This document shows, one piece after another, positions 9,340 to 18,072 of a stretch of 64,000 nucleotides of DNA (position 1 is its first letter; each line of letters starts with the position of its first letter). The DNA lies in the NCBI GenBank assembly GCA_963792585.1, contig CAWBWI010000003.1, positions 448,001 to 512,000 on the forward strand, read 5' to 3'. The translations under genes and the position numbers were made by a program. The DNA is from Candidatus Eiseniibacteriota bacterium. Lineage in GTDB: Bacteria; Eisenbacteria; RBG-16-71-46; CAIMUX01; VGJL01. The notes under the pieces were generated by a model. The model searched no databases. It was not told where the DNA came from and saw only the letters and a program-made list of their open reading frames with translations.

Positions 9340-10184
9340 AGAATGAATCGATCGATCCGCGTATCGAAAGGCTCGTCGCCCTGCTGTATGGCGAACTTCC
9401 GGAGACGGAAGCCCAGGCGTTGCGCAAGGAGATCGAGGGGGACCCCGCACTGCGGGCCGAATGGGAGGAGCTGACCGGCGCCCGTTCGTTCCTCGGCGCA
9501 TGGGAGGTGCCCGAGGAGTCCCCCGGCTTTGTTTTCGTGAACGAGCCGGCGAGCGCCCCGCGTCGCCGGGCCGGCTTTCGGGAGCGCCTTCGCGGGCTCG
9601 TACCCGCCTGGTCCTATGGACTCGCAGCGGCGGCGGTGGCCGTTCTCGTTCTGGCGATCGGTGGATTCCGGGTCGAGAAGATGGACAACGGGATCGCGTT
9701 CCGCATGGGTTCCGAGAAGGCCAAGACCCCGGCGATCGCGGAAAACCTCCGGGCCGACGGCGGGACCGGCGTGCCCCTCACCAGCCCGCCCGTTCAGGCG
9801 GTATCGACCGAGCCGGTCTCGTCCAATCCGGCCACGACGCTCCAGGGGATGGAGACGGCGACCCCGTATCTGACCAAGCAGGAATTCCAGGCCTACGCGG
9901 CGGGGATGACCCAGACCATGGTCGCCCTCCTGAACGAGTACGGCCGCGAACGCGATCAGGAGGTCGGATCCGCCCTTCAGGTCGTTCTCAGGAACATTTC
10001 GGAGAAGCAGACGGAAGACTATCGCGATCTGCGCGGCCGACTCGACGCCTTTGCGAGCGGTCTATCGGAAGAGCAGATGACAACGAGAGCACAGCTCGGC
10101 TATCTGCTCGAGCAAACCCGCTCGACGTCGCCCGGATCGGTTCATCCGTCGCCCGCGATCGAGACGAAAGGAGACCAACAATGA
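9336..10184 (+). CDS. Putative membrane anti-sigma factor
   Basis: Overlaps the ECF gene (ATGA). N-terminal LVALLYGELP..E, one TM helix (YGLAAAAVAVLVLAIG), helical periplasmic C-terminus. Confidence 0.75.
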   Translation: MKNESIDPRIERLVALLYGELPETEAQALRKEIEGDPALRAEWEELTGARSFLGAWEVPEESPGFVFVNEPASAPRRRAGFRERLRGLVPAWSYGLAAAAVAVLVLAIGGFRVEKMDNGIAFRMGSEKAKTPAIAENLRADGGTGVPLTSPPVQAVSTEPVSSNPATTLQGMETATPYLTKQEFQAYAAGMTQTMVALLNEYGRERDQEVGSALQVVLRNISEKQTEDYRDLRGRLDAFASGLSEEQMTTRAQLGYLLEQTRSTSPGSVHPSPAIETKGDQQ

Positions 10185-10942
10185 ACCAGGAAACCAACAT
10201 CGTTGCGCCGTGGAAGCGGCACCTTCTGACCGCCCTGGTGATCGTCGTGACCCTCGTCGGATTCGCCGGGCTCGCGTTCTCCGCTCCTCCCGAGGGATCG
10301 GTGAAGATCATGCGCCAGGTTCGCATCATGGAGGGGATCGTCGACAAGGTCCTGCTCGACAGCCCCAATTTCCTCGTCCATTCGGGGGGGAACACGCATG
10401 GGCTGTACATTCCGGAGTATGGAGCGATCTTCACATTCGAGGCCTCTCTGACTTCAGGAATGTTCGGAATCGGCAAGCTCGACATCAAGATCCCGCAGTT
10501 CGAGATCCAGACCGACGAGAACGGCGACAAGACGATCGTCATGAAGAACATGGAGAAGTCCAAGCAGTATACAAAATCGAAGAATGGAAAGGACTCCGCC
10601 CCGGAAGCGTCGGCCGACACGGACCCGCCGGAGCCTCCGGACACGCCCGAACCACCGACCGCCGTGAGTTCTTCCGGCGACGAGAAGGACAGCGCGGAAC
10701 TGTATCAGAAGGGAAAGGGCGAGCTGATTCAAGCGCTGCTCGATTACGGCGAGACGCTCACCCAGCTGAAGTCGGGACAGTGGATCGTGATCGCGGCATT
10801 CCTTCAGAACGACAGCTACTTCGAGAAGAACAAACTCTCACGTCTGGTCGTGAAGGCGAAGATCGACGATCTGCGGGGATTCTCGGACGGGAGTATCGAG
10901 GAGAAGGCGATGCGTTCGAAGATCCAGGTGGAAGAATACTAG
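10181..10942 (+). CDS. Hypothetical exported protein in the ECF operon
   Basis: GGAG RBS and ATG at 10181. Signal-like LLTALVIVVTLVGFAGLAFS; Pro-rich linker. Confidence 0.7.
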   Translation: MNQETNIVAPWKRHLLTALVIVVTLVGFAGLAFSAPPEGSVKIMRQVRIMEGIVDKVLLDSPNFLVHSGGNTHGLYIPEYGAIFTFEASLTSGMFGIGKLDIKIPQFEIQTDENGDKTIVMKNMEKSKQYTKSKNGKDSAPEASADTDPPEPPDTPEPPTAVSSSGDEKDSAELYQKGKGELIQALLDYGETLTQLKSGQWIVIAAFLQNDSYFEKNKLSRLVVKAKIDDLRGFSDGSIEEKAMRSKIQVEEY

Positions 10943-10964
10943 AAGTTCGGGTTGGGAAGAAGGA

Positions 10965-11000
10965 GCGCGGCCGGGGAGGAGTGAACCCCCGGCCGCGTTT
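10965..11000. terminator. Probable bidirectional intrinsic terminator
   Basis: Inverted repeat GCGCGGCCGGGG...CCCCGGCCGCGT between convergent genes. Confidence 0.65.
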
Positions 11001-11018
11001 CGCTGCCCCCGCCGGTGG

Positions 11019-11300
11019 TCAGCCGTCCATCCCGATCGAGAACATCCGCTCGAGGTCGTATCGCGAGTAGGCGCGGAAGGCGATCAGCGTCTCGGTCGAC
11101 GCGACGCCCGGGACCTTGGAGAGGTTGGTCGTGATCAGGTCTGCGAGATCCTCGTTACGCTTCACGCGGACGATGGCGACCAGGTCCCACTCGCCGGCGA
11201 CCGAGTAGACCTCGGCGACACCATCGAGCCGGGCCAGGCCCTCGGCCGCGTCGGTCACGGTGCCGGGTTCGGTGTGGAGCAGGACGATTGCGGTGACCAT
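11019..11300 (-). CDS. Lrp/AsnC ligand-binding domain protein
   Basis: MVTAIVL...EVYSVAGEWDLVAIV...TETLIAF. Confidence 0.85.
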   Translation of the reverse strand: MVTAIVLLHTEPGTVTDAAEGLARLDGVAEVYSVAGEWDLVAIVRVKRNEDLADLITTNLSKVPGVASTETLIAFRAYSRYDLERMFSIGMDG

Positions 11301-11321
11301 GAACTGCCTCCTTGGGAAAGG

Positions 11322-12077
11322 TTAGACGAGGACGGCCCCGCCGTTCACATTCAGGATGGCGCCCGTGATGTGGCGGGCGAGCGAAGAGCAAAGGAACACG
11401 ACCGGGCCCGCGACGTCCTCCGGTTCTCCGGGGTGGCCGAGCGGGATCGGCTCCTTCAACGATTCCTCGATCCGATCGGGGGAGAGATCTTCCGCCGTCA
11501 TGTCGGTCCGGATCCATCCGGGGGAGACTGCGTTCACGCGGATCCCGAAGGAGGCCAGTTCGAGGGCGAGGGACTTCGTCATCGCGATCATCCCGCCCTT
11601 CGACGCGGAGTAATGGGAGTAGCCCGCCTCGCCCCTCTGTCCCGAGGTGGATGCGATATTGACGATGCTCCCGCCCCCGCGCTGCTTCATCGCCGGGACG
11701 GCGACGCGGCAGGTGTTGAAGATCCCCGTCAGGTTGACGCCGATCATCCGCGCCCAGTCGGCGTCGGTCATCGTGTCGATCGGTCCCGCCGTCCAGATTC
11801 CGGCGTTGTTGATGAGAAAGTCGAGGCCGCCCAGCTCCTCGACGACGCGGCGGACCATCACCTCCACGGTGAATGGGTTCATCACGTCGGCGCCGACTGG
11901 AAGGGCGCGACGTCCCATCGATTCGATCTCGGTCGCGACCGCCTGGGCGCGATCGGCGCGCATCCGGTAGTTCACGGCCACGTCGCACCCCGCGCGGGCG
12001 AGTAGACGGCAACATGCCGCGCCGATCCCGCGGGAGCCTCCGGTGACCAGGGCGATTCTGCCTTCGAGCGAGATCAA
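11322..12077 (-). CDS. Short-chain dehydrogenase/reductase (FabG-like)
   Basis: TGGSRGIG, NNAG, YSASK, VNAVSPG. Confidence 0.9.
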   Translation of the reverse strand: MISLEGRIALVTGGSRGIGAACCRLLARAGCDVAVNYRMRADRAQAVATEIESMGRRALPVGADVMNPFTVEVMVRRVVEELGGLDFLINNAGIWTAGPIDTMTDADWARMIGVNLTGIFNTCRVAVPAMKQRGGGSIVNIASTSGQRGEAGYSHYSASKGGMIAMTKSLALELASFGIRVNAVSPGWIRTDMTAEDLSPDRIEESLKEPIPLGHPGEPEDVAGPVVFLCSSLARHITGAILNVNGGAVLV

Positions 12078-12086
12078 GCGTCCTCC

Positions 12087-13184
12087 TCAGATGGCGTGTG
12101 ACTGGATGGCGGAAGCGAGGAGCAGCCGCTCCCGCTCGTAGAGCCTTCGCAGGGCGGCGTTCGAGAGACATGCCCCAAGGGCTTCCCGCGTCAGGGTGCG
12201 AACCTCATCGCGGCCGATCCTCACCCGCCGCTCCAGGACCTCTTCGTTGGAAGCGATCCGTGCGAGGGTTCGCATCGCAAGGAGCAGAGGCCAGAGGCAG
12301 AACAGCCGGATCCGCGGTGCCCTCCGCGGGAGAAGAAGTACGAACTCGAATCCGTCGTCGAGATTGCGGGCGGCGCGCTCGACCATCTCGATGACCGCCC
12401 CCATCGCGGCGTCGCGCTCATCGGGGTCTCCCAGGCCGCGAGTCCGCGTGCCGTGCCGCTGCGCGACCTCTTCGGGGAGGTACGACCAGCCCCGCGCGCG
12501 ATCGTCGGCCAGATCCTGGATGATGTTCGTCCCCTGCAGACCGAGTCCGAAGGAGACGGCGAGTCGCTTCTGTCGCTCGTCCACGCCGTGCCTACCCAGG
12601 TGGATCGAGATCAGCTCGTGGAGGAGGCAGCCGACCGTCCCCGCGACGTAGTACTCGTACGCATCGAGGTCCTCGAGCGTGCCCAACGCCGTCCAGTCGC
12701 GGACTTCCTCCTCGAGCAGGACGAAGCGGGCCATTCCCAGCGTCAACTCCCGCGACCATCGAACCACCGGCTCGGCGATCCGATCCTCGGTCGCCCGAAG
12801 GAGCCGGATCAGACTCGGAAGGCCAGCGATCAGCCGGACCTCCGGCGAATCGCGATCCAGAACCATCGCGATCTCGTCGGCGAGCGGCTCGCCGGAATCG
12901 GCGGGGTCGCCGAGCAACCCGGCGAAGCGCACGAGCCATCGGTGACGCATTCTCGGGAGGATTCCCGAGGCGTCCTCGATCGTATCGGCCACGCGGCAGA
13001 GCAGATAGGAGAGGCGGACAGGGTCCGCGAGCGGATCCGGCAGAACATCGATCGCGGGGGCGAAGGTCCGGGAGACGAGGGGGAGCATCGTCCGTGCGAA
13101 ATCGAGATCCTCGGCGCGGGCGATCACGGCGCCTCCACCCCGACCGGCGGGATCTCCCATCCGGCGTCCCTCAGAAGGCGGCAT
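12087..13184 (-). CDS. Squalene/phytoene synthase family protein
   Basis: VSRTF, YLLCRVADTIED, YYVAGTVG, GLQGTNIIQDLADD, YLP. Start uncertain (possibly GTG at about 13127). Confidence 0.85.
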   Translation of the reverse strand: MPPSEGRRMGDPAGRGGGAVIARAEDLDFARTMLPLVSRTFAPAIDVLPDPLADPVRLSYLLCRVADTIEDASGILPRMRHRWLVRFAGLLGDPADSGEPLADEIAMVLDRDSPEVRLIAGLPSLIRLLRATEDRIAEPVVRWSRELTLGMARFVLLEEEVRDWTALGTLEDLDAYEYYVAGTVGCLLHELISIHLGRHGVDERQKRLAVSFGLGLQGTNIIQDLADDRARGWSYLPEEVAQRHGTRTRGLGDPDERDAAMGAVIEMVERAARNLDDGFEFVLLLPRRAPRIRLFCLWPLLLAMRTLARIASNEEVLERRVRIGRDEVRTLTREALGACLSNAALRRLYERERLLLASAIQSHAI

Positions 13185-13723
13185 ACGGAGATCAGGGGCA
13201 GCCCCTCGATCGCCGTGGGATCATCGCACCGCATCGAATCGAACAGGGCGATGCCGAGCGATTCGGTCTTGTAGGAGCCCGCGCAGTCGAGCGGGGTGTC
13301 GAGGCGGACGTATGCGTCGATCTGGTCGGGGCGAAGCGGGCGCACGCGCAGGCGCGCCACGACGAGCTGCTCTCTCTCGGACCCGTCCGGCACACGCAGG
13401 ACCACGCAGGTGTGGAGGGTGTGTTCGCGCCCGGCCAGCCATGCCAACTGTTCGCGGGCAGTCTCCGGGGTCCCCGGCTTCTCGAGGATCCGGCCCGCGC
13501 ACCAGCCGACCTGATCGCTCGCCAGGATCGCCGCCTCGGGCCGGATCGCGGCCGCAGCCCGCACCTTTCCGAAGGTGTTGGCGCGCACCGTGCCGTCCGG
13601 ATCGCCGAGCCGGACCTCTTCCCACGCCGGGGCCAGCGTCTCGAACGGCACCCGAAGACGCTCGAGCAGCGCCCGCCGGTAGCGAGACGTCGAGGCAAGG
13701 ATCAGACGGGGAAGTCGCAACAT
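13124..13723 (-). CDS. maf: Maf-like nucleotide pyrophosphatase
   Basis: LILASTSRYRR, SDQV, LEKP, DCAGSYK, IEGLPL. Confidence 0.9.
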   Translation of the reverse strand: MLRLPRLILASTSRYRRALLERLRVPFETLAPAWEEVRLGDPDGTVRANTFGKVRAAAAIRPEAAILASDQVGWCAGRILEKPGTPETAREQLAWLAGREHTLHTCVVLRVPDGSEREQLVVARLRVRPLRPDQIDAYVRLDTPLDCAGSYKTESLGIALFDSMRCDDPTAIEGLPLISVCRLLRDAGWEIPPVGVEAP

Positions 13724-13861
13724 CCGGAGCCAAGTCTAGTCGATCCGCTCGGCGGTTGCGACCTGGGGGGTGGGGGCCTTACCATCCCGGCGAGAGTCCC
13801 CCCAGGCTCCCGCCCGACTTCATGGGCCTCGCGGCCCCCGCACAAGAAGGAGATGCCGGCG

Positions 13862-15463
13862 ATGAACATCTCGCTGAAGAAGCCAGCGAACCAATCCGTG
13901 ACGCCTTACACGACCGATGACGCCCAGTGGAAGACGTTCCAGGAGGCCGCGTCGCGCACCCCGAGGGGCTTCGATGTCCCGATGATCATCGACGGCCGGG
14001 AGGTCCGATCATCGGAACGAACCGAGTCGATCGATCCGACCACGGGGGAGGTCTTCTGCACGGCGCAGAAGGCGACGGCGGACCACGCGAAGGCCGCGGT
14101 CGAAGCCGCCCTTCGGGCGAAGGAATCCTGGGCCGCGGTGCCCCCCGAAAACCGGATGCAGAAGTTCCGGGACCTCGAGCAGCTCCTCTTCGAGCGCCGC
14201 CACGAAATCTGCGCCGTCGCGGCCATCGAGTGCGGCTATACCGCTCCCGAGTGCGCGGGAAGCTGGGCCGAGATGATGGACTTCATCCGCTTCAACCCCT
14301 GGTTCTACCTCCAGTTGATGCGGACCGACATGGGGGACGGCGACCGGGAAACCAACCTGATGACGTTGCGCGCGCTCAAGGGATTCACCTGCGCGATCAC
14401 CCCGTTCAACTTCCCCGTAGCGATCGGCTACAACCTCCCCACGGTGATGGCCCTTTGTGGGAACACGGTCGTTTGGAAGCCGTCGAGCGACGCCCCAATG
14501 ACCTCGTGGATGCTGATGCGGGCGATCCAGGATGCTGGTTTCCCGCCGGGCGTCTTCAACATGATCACCGGCCCCGGCTCCGTTGTGATGCCTCCCGTCC
14601 TGAAGCATCCCGAACTGATGTGCGTCAACTTCACCGGTGGGTACGACACGGCCCGCTCGATCGCCTACGAGCTCTTCCGGCCCGACACGCCGCGTCCCCA
14701 CTTCCCGCGCTTCGTCGCCGAGACGGGGGGGAAGGACTTTCTCTACGCGGACAAGAGCTGCGATGCATGGGATGTGGCGGCCTGCATCATCGCGGGCGCC
14801 TTTGGCCGTACCGGTCAGAAGTGCTCGGCGAACAGCCTCGTCTTGGTGGACAAGAGGGCCTGGCCGGACATTCGCTCGGCGCTGCTCGAGCAGATGGCCG
14901 GATTCAAGACCGGCAATCCGCTCGAGAAGACGACCCACATGGGACCCGTGATCAACCGGGGCGCATACGAGAGCATTACAGGCTTCATCAAGCGGGCGAA
15001 GGCCAACCCCAAGGCGAAGCTCGTGCTGGGCGGCGAGTTCTCCGAGGAGAAGGGCCTGTTCGTCCAGCCGACCTTCTTCGAGGTCGATGCCGACCAGGAC
15101 GAGCTGATCAACGTCGAGATCTTCGGACCGGTGGTCGCGATTCGGGTCTGTGAGGACGTCGAGCACGCGATTCGGATCATCCGGAGCAACGCCTATCGTC
15201 TGACCGGGGCGGTCTGGTCGAGCGATGAGTCGTTCCTGGCGCGCTGGGTCCCGGTCCTCGCGGAATATGCCGGCAACTTCTACGTCAACCGGAAGACCAC
15301 CGGGGCGATCGTCGATCAACAGCCCTTCGGCGGGGATGGCGCCAGCGGGACGAATTACAAAGCCGGGGGGATCTGGTACTTGCTCCAGTTCATCTCGCAG
15401 GGCTCGACCACCCGCCGTCACTTCCGGACGGCCAAGCGACCCGGAATCTGGAACTGGATGTAA
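13862..15463 (+). CDS. Aldehyde dehydrogenase, 1-pyrroline-5-carboxylate dehydrogenase-like
   Basis: ITPFNF, WKPS, FTG, ETGGKDF, GQKCSA, EIFGPV, GNFYVNRKTTGAIVDQQPFGG. AAGGAG RBS before 13862. Confidence 0.88.
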   Translation: MNISLKKPANQSVTPYTTDDAQWKTFQEAASRTPRGFDVPMIIDGREVRSSERTESIDPTTGEVFCTAQKATADHAKAAVEAALRAKESWAAVPPENRMQKFRDLEQLLFERRHEICAVAAIECGYTAPECAGSWAEMMDFIRFNPWFYLQLMRTDMGDGDRETNLMTLRALKGFTCAITPFNFPVAIGYNLPTVMALCGNTVVWKPSSDAPMTSWMLMRAIQDAGFPPGVFNMITGPGSVVMPPVLKHPELMCVNFTGGYDTARSIAYELFRPDTPRPHFPRFVAETGGKDFLYADKSCDAWDVAACIIAGAFGRTGQKCSANSLVLVDKRAWPDIRSALLEQMAGFKTGNPLEKTTHMGPVINRGAYESITGFIKRAKANPKAKLVLGGEFSEEKGLFVQPTFFEVDADQDELINVEIFGPVVAIRVCEDVEHAIRIIRSNAYRLTGAVWSSDESFLARWVPVLAEYAGNFYVNRKTTGAIVDQQPFGGDGASGTNYKAGGIWYLLQFISQGSTTRRHFRTAKRPGIWNWM

Positions 15464-15666
15464 AAGAATAAGTTAGAAGGGCGACTCCACCCAATGCGGC
15501 GGGGTCGCCACATTTATGCGCGGCGCCAAATCCGCCCCACAACTCCTTACGTTGTGAATTAGGCTTTGTGATGTATACTCTTTACACGTTGCATGGCCGC
15601 TGCAGCGGATCCCGATCATTGGCAATTGAATCAGACTGAAACACTGTTTTCTTCGAGGAGGTTGCA

Positions 15667-15969
15667 ATGCGCAAGTGGTTCCGCAGCGTCGCAGCGACCG
15701 TCGCCCTATGTGCGTTGGTCGCCGTCGCAACCAGTGCTCTGGCCGCAACCTCTGTCGACCTGAAGCTCGTGAACAACGGGCAGCCGGTTGGCGGGGCGCA
15801 GATTGAAATCCTGGGATCGGCCGGTATGACCGAGTCCACCACCGACGCGAATGGGATGGCCCACTTCGAGTTCAGTGGCAAGTACTTCCGTGTCCACTAC
15901 AACGGTCAGATCCTGAACGCCGTCTACCAGGCGGGCCAGGGCCTCGTTGTCGTCGACATCAACAACTAA
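15667..15969 (+). CDS. Small secreted beta-sandwich (carboxypeptidase-regulatory/prealbumin-like) protein
   Basis: GAGGAGG RBS, signal peptide, NGQPVGGAQI...TTDANG motif. Confidence 0.7.
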   Translation: MRKWFRSVAATVALCALVAVATSALAATSVDLKLVNNGQPVGGAQIEILGSAGMTESTTDANGMAHFEFSGKYFRVHYNGQILNAVYQAGQGLVVVDINN

Positions 15970-15994
15970 CCGCAACAGAGGGAGACTGATAACC

Positions 15995-16759
15995 ATGAAG
16001 AAGTTTGCTGCTCTTCTGGGTGCTCTCGCTGTCGCGGGCATCCTTGCGTCGCCGGTTCAGGCGGCGGACGACGTTCTGTTCTACTACGGACACGGCGGCC
16101 TCAACGAGGGTCACACGAGCCTCGCGGCCATCTACACGGGCCTCGGCGCCAACTGGGTCGAAGATGCCGGCGCCACGCTTCCCGCTGATCTGAGCGCGTA
16201 CCGACTCATCTTCATCAGCGTCCCGGGTTGGCTCGACCCGAACGCCTACTTCTCCGCTGCCGAGACCGCTGCGCTCAACGCCTTCCTTGCCGATGGCGCG
16301 CACCGCATCGTTCTGATCGGTGAGTGGGATGGGTTCTACGGTCAGGGACAGCAGGTGCTCGAGCAGCTGGCGTCCGATCTCGGTGGCGTCATTTCGTTCT
16401 TCCCGGGCGTCTTCGACCAAAGCTGCTATGCCTACAACTGCGCGGCCACGAACACCACCGATCCCCTCGTCAACGGACTGAGCGGCCTCTGCAAGGCGGC
16501 CACCGCGGTTTGGGACCTGGGAACGGCGGTCTCCTATCCGGTCGAGAACACGGTCCAGCCGTGGGTCGTGAGCAACGGGACCGACGTCCCGTGCATCTGC
16601 GGAATCGGTGACTCGAACACCCTCTCCGATCCCTGCGCTCACTTGGGTGATGCCAACACGGCCGAGTTCGCCAGCCGTCTCTACCTCATCACGTGCGCCG
16701 GCGAGCCTTCGCCGACCGTTCGGACGACGTGGGGCAACGTGAAGGCGACCTACCGGTAG
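15995..16759 (+). CDS. Secreted Cys-containing hypothetical protein with C-terminal TTWGNVKATYR motif
   Basis: GGAG RBS; signal MKKFAALLGALAVAGILASPVQA. Alpha/beta core (LSAYRLIFI...ALNAFLADGAHRIVLIGEW) is reminiscent of GATase-like folds. Confidence 0.75.
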   Translation: MKKFAALLGALAVAGILASPVQAADDVLFYYGHGGLNEGHTSLAAIYTGLGANWVEDAGATLPADLSAYRLIFISVPGWLDPNAYFSAAETAALNAFLADGAHRIVLIGEWDGFYGQGQQVLEQLASDLGGVISFFPGVFDQSCYAYNCAATNTTDPLVNGLSGLCKAATAVWDLGTAVSYPVENTVQPWVVSNGTDVPCICGIGDSNTLSDPCAHLGDANTAEFASRLYLITCAGEPSPTVRTTWGNVKATYR

Positions 16760-16779
16760 TCGGGTCCTCCTCGAACCGA

Positions 16780-16826
16780 ATGAAATCCGCGCCCCTCCGG
16801 TAATCGCCGGTTGGGGCGCATTTCAT
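16780..16826. terminator. Probable bidirectional terminator
   Basis: ATGAAAT..GCGCCCC.CCGG loop CCGG..GGGGCGC ATTTCAT inverted repeat between convergent genes. Confidence 0.6.
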
Positions 16827-16902
16827 GTGCGCCCGTCAACTCTGTGGCGGGGTGGAGTTCGGCCAATCGCGCGCGATCGGTGATCCCGGTCGGTGGGCGA
16901 TC

Positions 16903-17799
16903 TCAGGCGGCCGGTTCGAGCCGCACCCGCACGTTTCCGCCGAGCGTGTCGATATTGATCTCCGCCCCGCCGTCTCCGATCACGCACACTCCGCGTCGTC
17001 GAGCCTTGCCCTGCATCTCCCGCTCGGTCCCCGGCGGAAACTCCATCGCACCCCCAAGGGTGGAGACGTGGATCGTCATTGATGCCCCCTCCGCAACTTG
17101 CAGGCTGACCTCTCCACCCGCGGAGGAGACGGCGGCGCTCCCCTCACGCAGATCGAGGTCGGCGATCCTTACGCGTCCGCCCAGTGAGCGGAATCGGAAC
17201 GGAGACCGTGGACCCTGCACGCGAAGTTCTCCGCCCGCTGTGTCGAGCGTCATCGGGCCGGGGAACCGCTGGATCTCGAGATCCCCACCCAAGCAGCGAA
17301 CATCCAGACCCGCGAGATTCGGCGGCACCTCGAGCTCGAGGTTCCCCTTCGCCCAGGTCAGGACGTAGTCGCTACCGTTGCGGTGCACCTCGATCGCCTC
17401 GCCGCGAATGATGCGCGCTCCCCCCTCGCCCGCCGCCCGGAGGATCACGTTGCCGCCCTTCGACCCTCCGCCGAAGCTCACCCGCATCGCCTGCTGAACC
17501 CGCAGCCGGCTTCCGGCGGGGAGGTCGAAGCCGCCGGCTCCGATCTCGACGCTTTCCGCATCCGCCCGCGTTTCCTCGAAGACCCGCTGCGCGGTGCCGA
17601 GCGCGTCGTCGACAGCCCGGCGGACCGTCTCGCCGACTTCCTCCAGAATCTGGCCCATGGCCTCGCCGAAGCCGGCGGGCCGACCCGTTTCCGCGGCTTG
17701 TTCCCGCTCGTCAAGCGCGCGCAGCATCCGATCTCCCTCTTCCGGCGACACCTTTCCCTCGGCAATGAGTCTCAGGATCTCGATCCGTGCCTGCGACAT
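16903..17799 (-). CDS. SHOCT-like/YvlB-type N-terminus + DUF4097-like beta-helix repeat protein
   Basis: MSQARIEILRLIAEGKVSPEEGDRML. Repeated (T/S)(L/A)GG(D/E/R) motifs. GGAG RBS. Confidence 0.75.
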   Translation of the reverse strand: MSQARIEILRLIAEGKVSPEEGDRMLRALDEREQAAETGRPAGFGEAMGQILEEVGETVRRAVDDALGTAQRVFEETRADAESVEIGAGGFDLPAGSRLRVQQAMRVSFGGGSKGGNVILRAAGEGGARIIRGEAIEVHRNGSDYVLTWAKGNLELEVPPNLAGLDVRCLGGDLEIQRFPGPMTLDTAGGELRVQGPRSPFRFRSLGGRVRIADLDLREGSAAVSSAGGEVSLQVAEGASMTIHVSTLGGAMEFPPGTEREMQGKARRRGVCVIGDGGAEINIDTLGGNVRVRLEPAA

Positions 17800-18072
17800 G
17801 ATCTCCCCTCCGCGATCCCCGCGATTGACTTCGACCCGCGGGGATCCTATCATCGAGAGCGGCGAATCCACAGGGCCGGGACGGGCGGAGATTCCGTGCG
17901 CCCGACCCCTCATCAGCGGCCGACACCGTCGATGGACGGCGCCAGGAATGGGTCCCCCCCCATTGGTACGTGCGGATCTCGCGTATTCCGTGAACCTATT
18001 TGCGCGGGGTTCCGTGATGCGAGGGCGAGCGCGCCCCCCCATTCGAGCCATGGGACAAGGAGGCCGATTCCC

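Noticed and set aside
13094..13861. Long N-terminal extensions in the ORF track (ALDH from 13094, also 9461, 17383 and the minus ORFs starting at 18972 and 37589)
   Set aside because: They overlap real genes on the other strand or frame. RBSs and signal peptides support the downstream starts.
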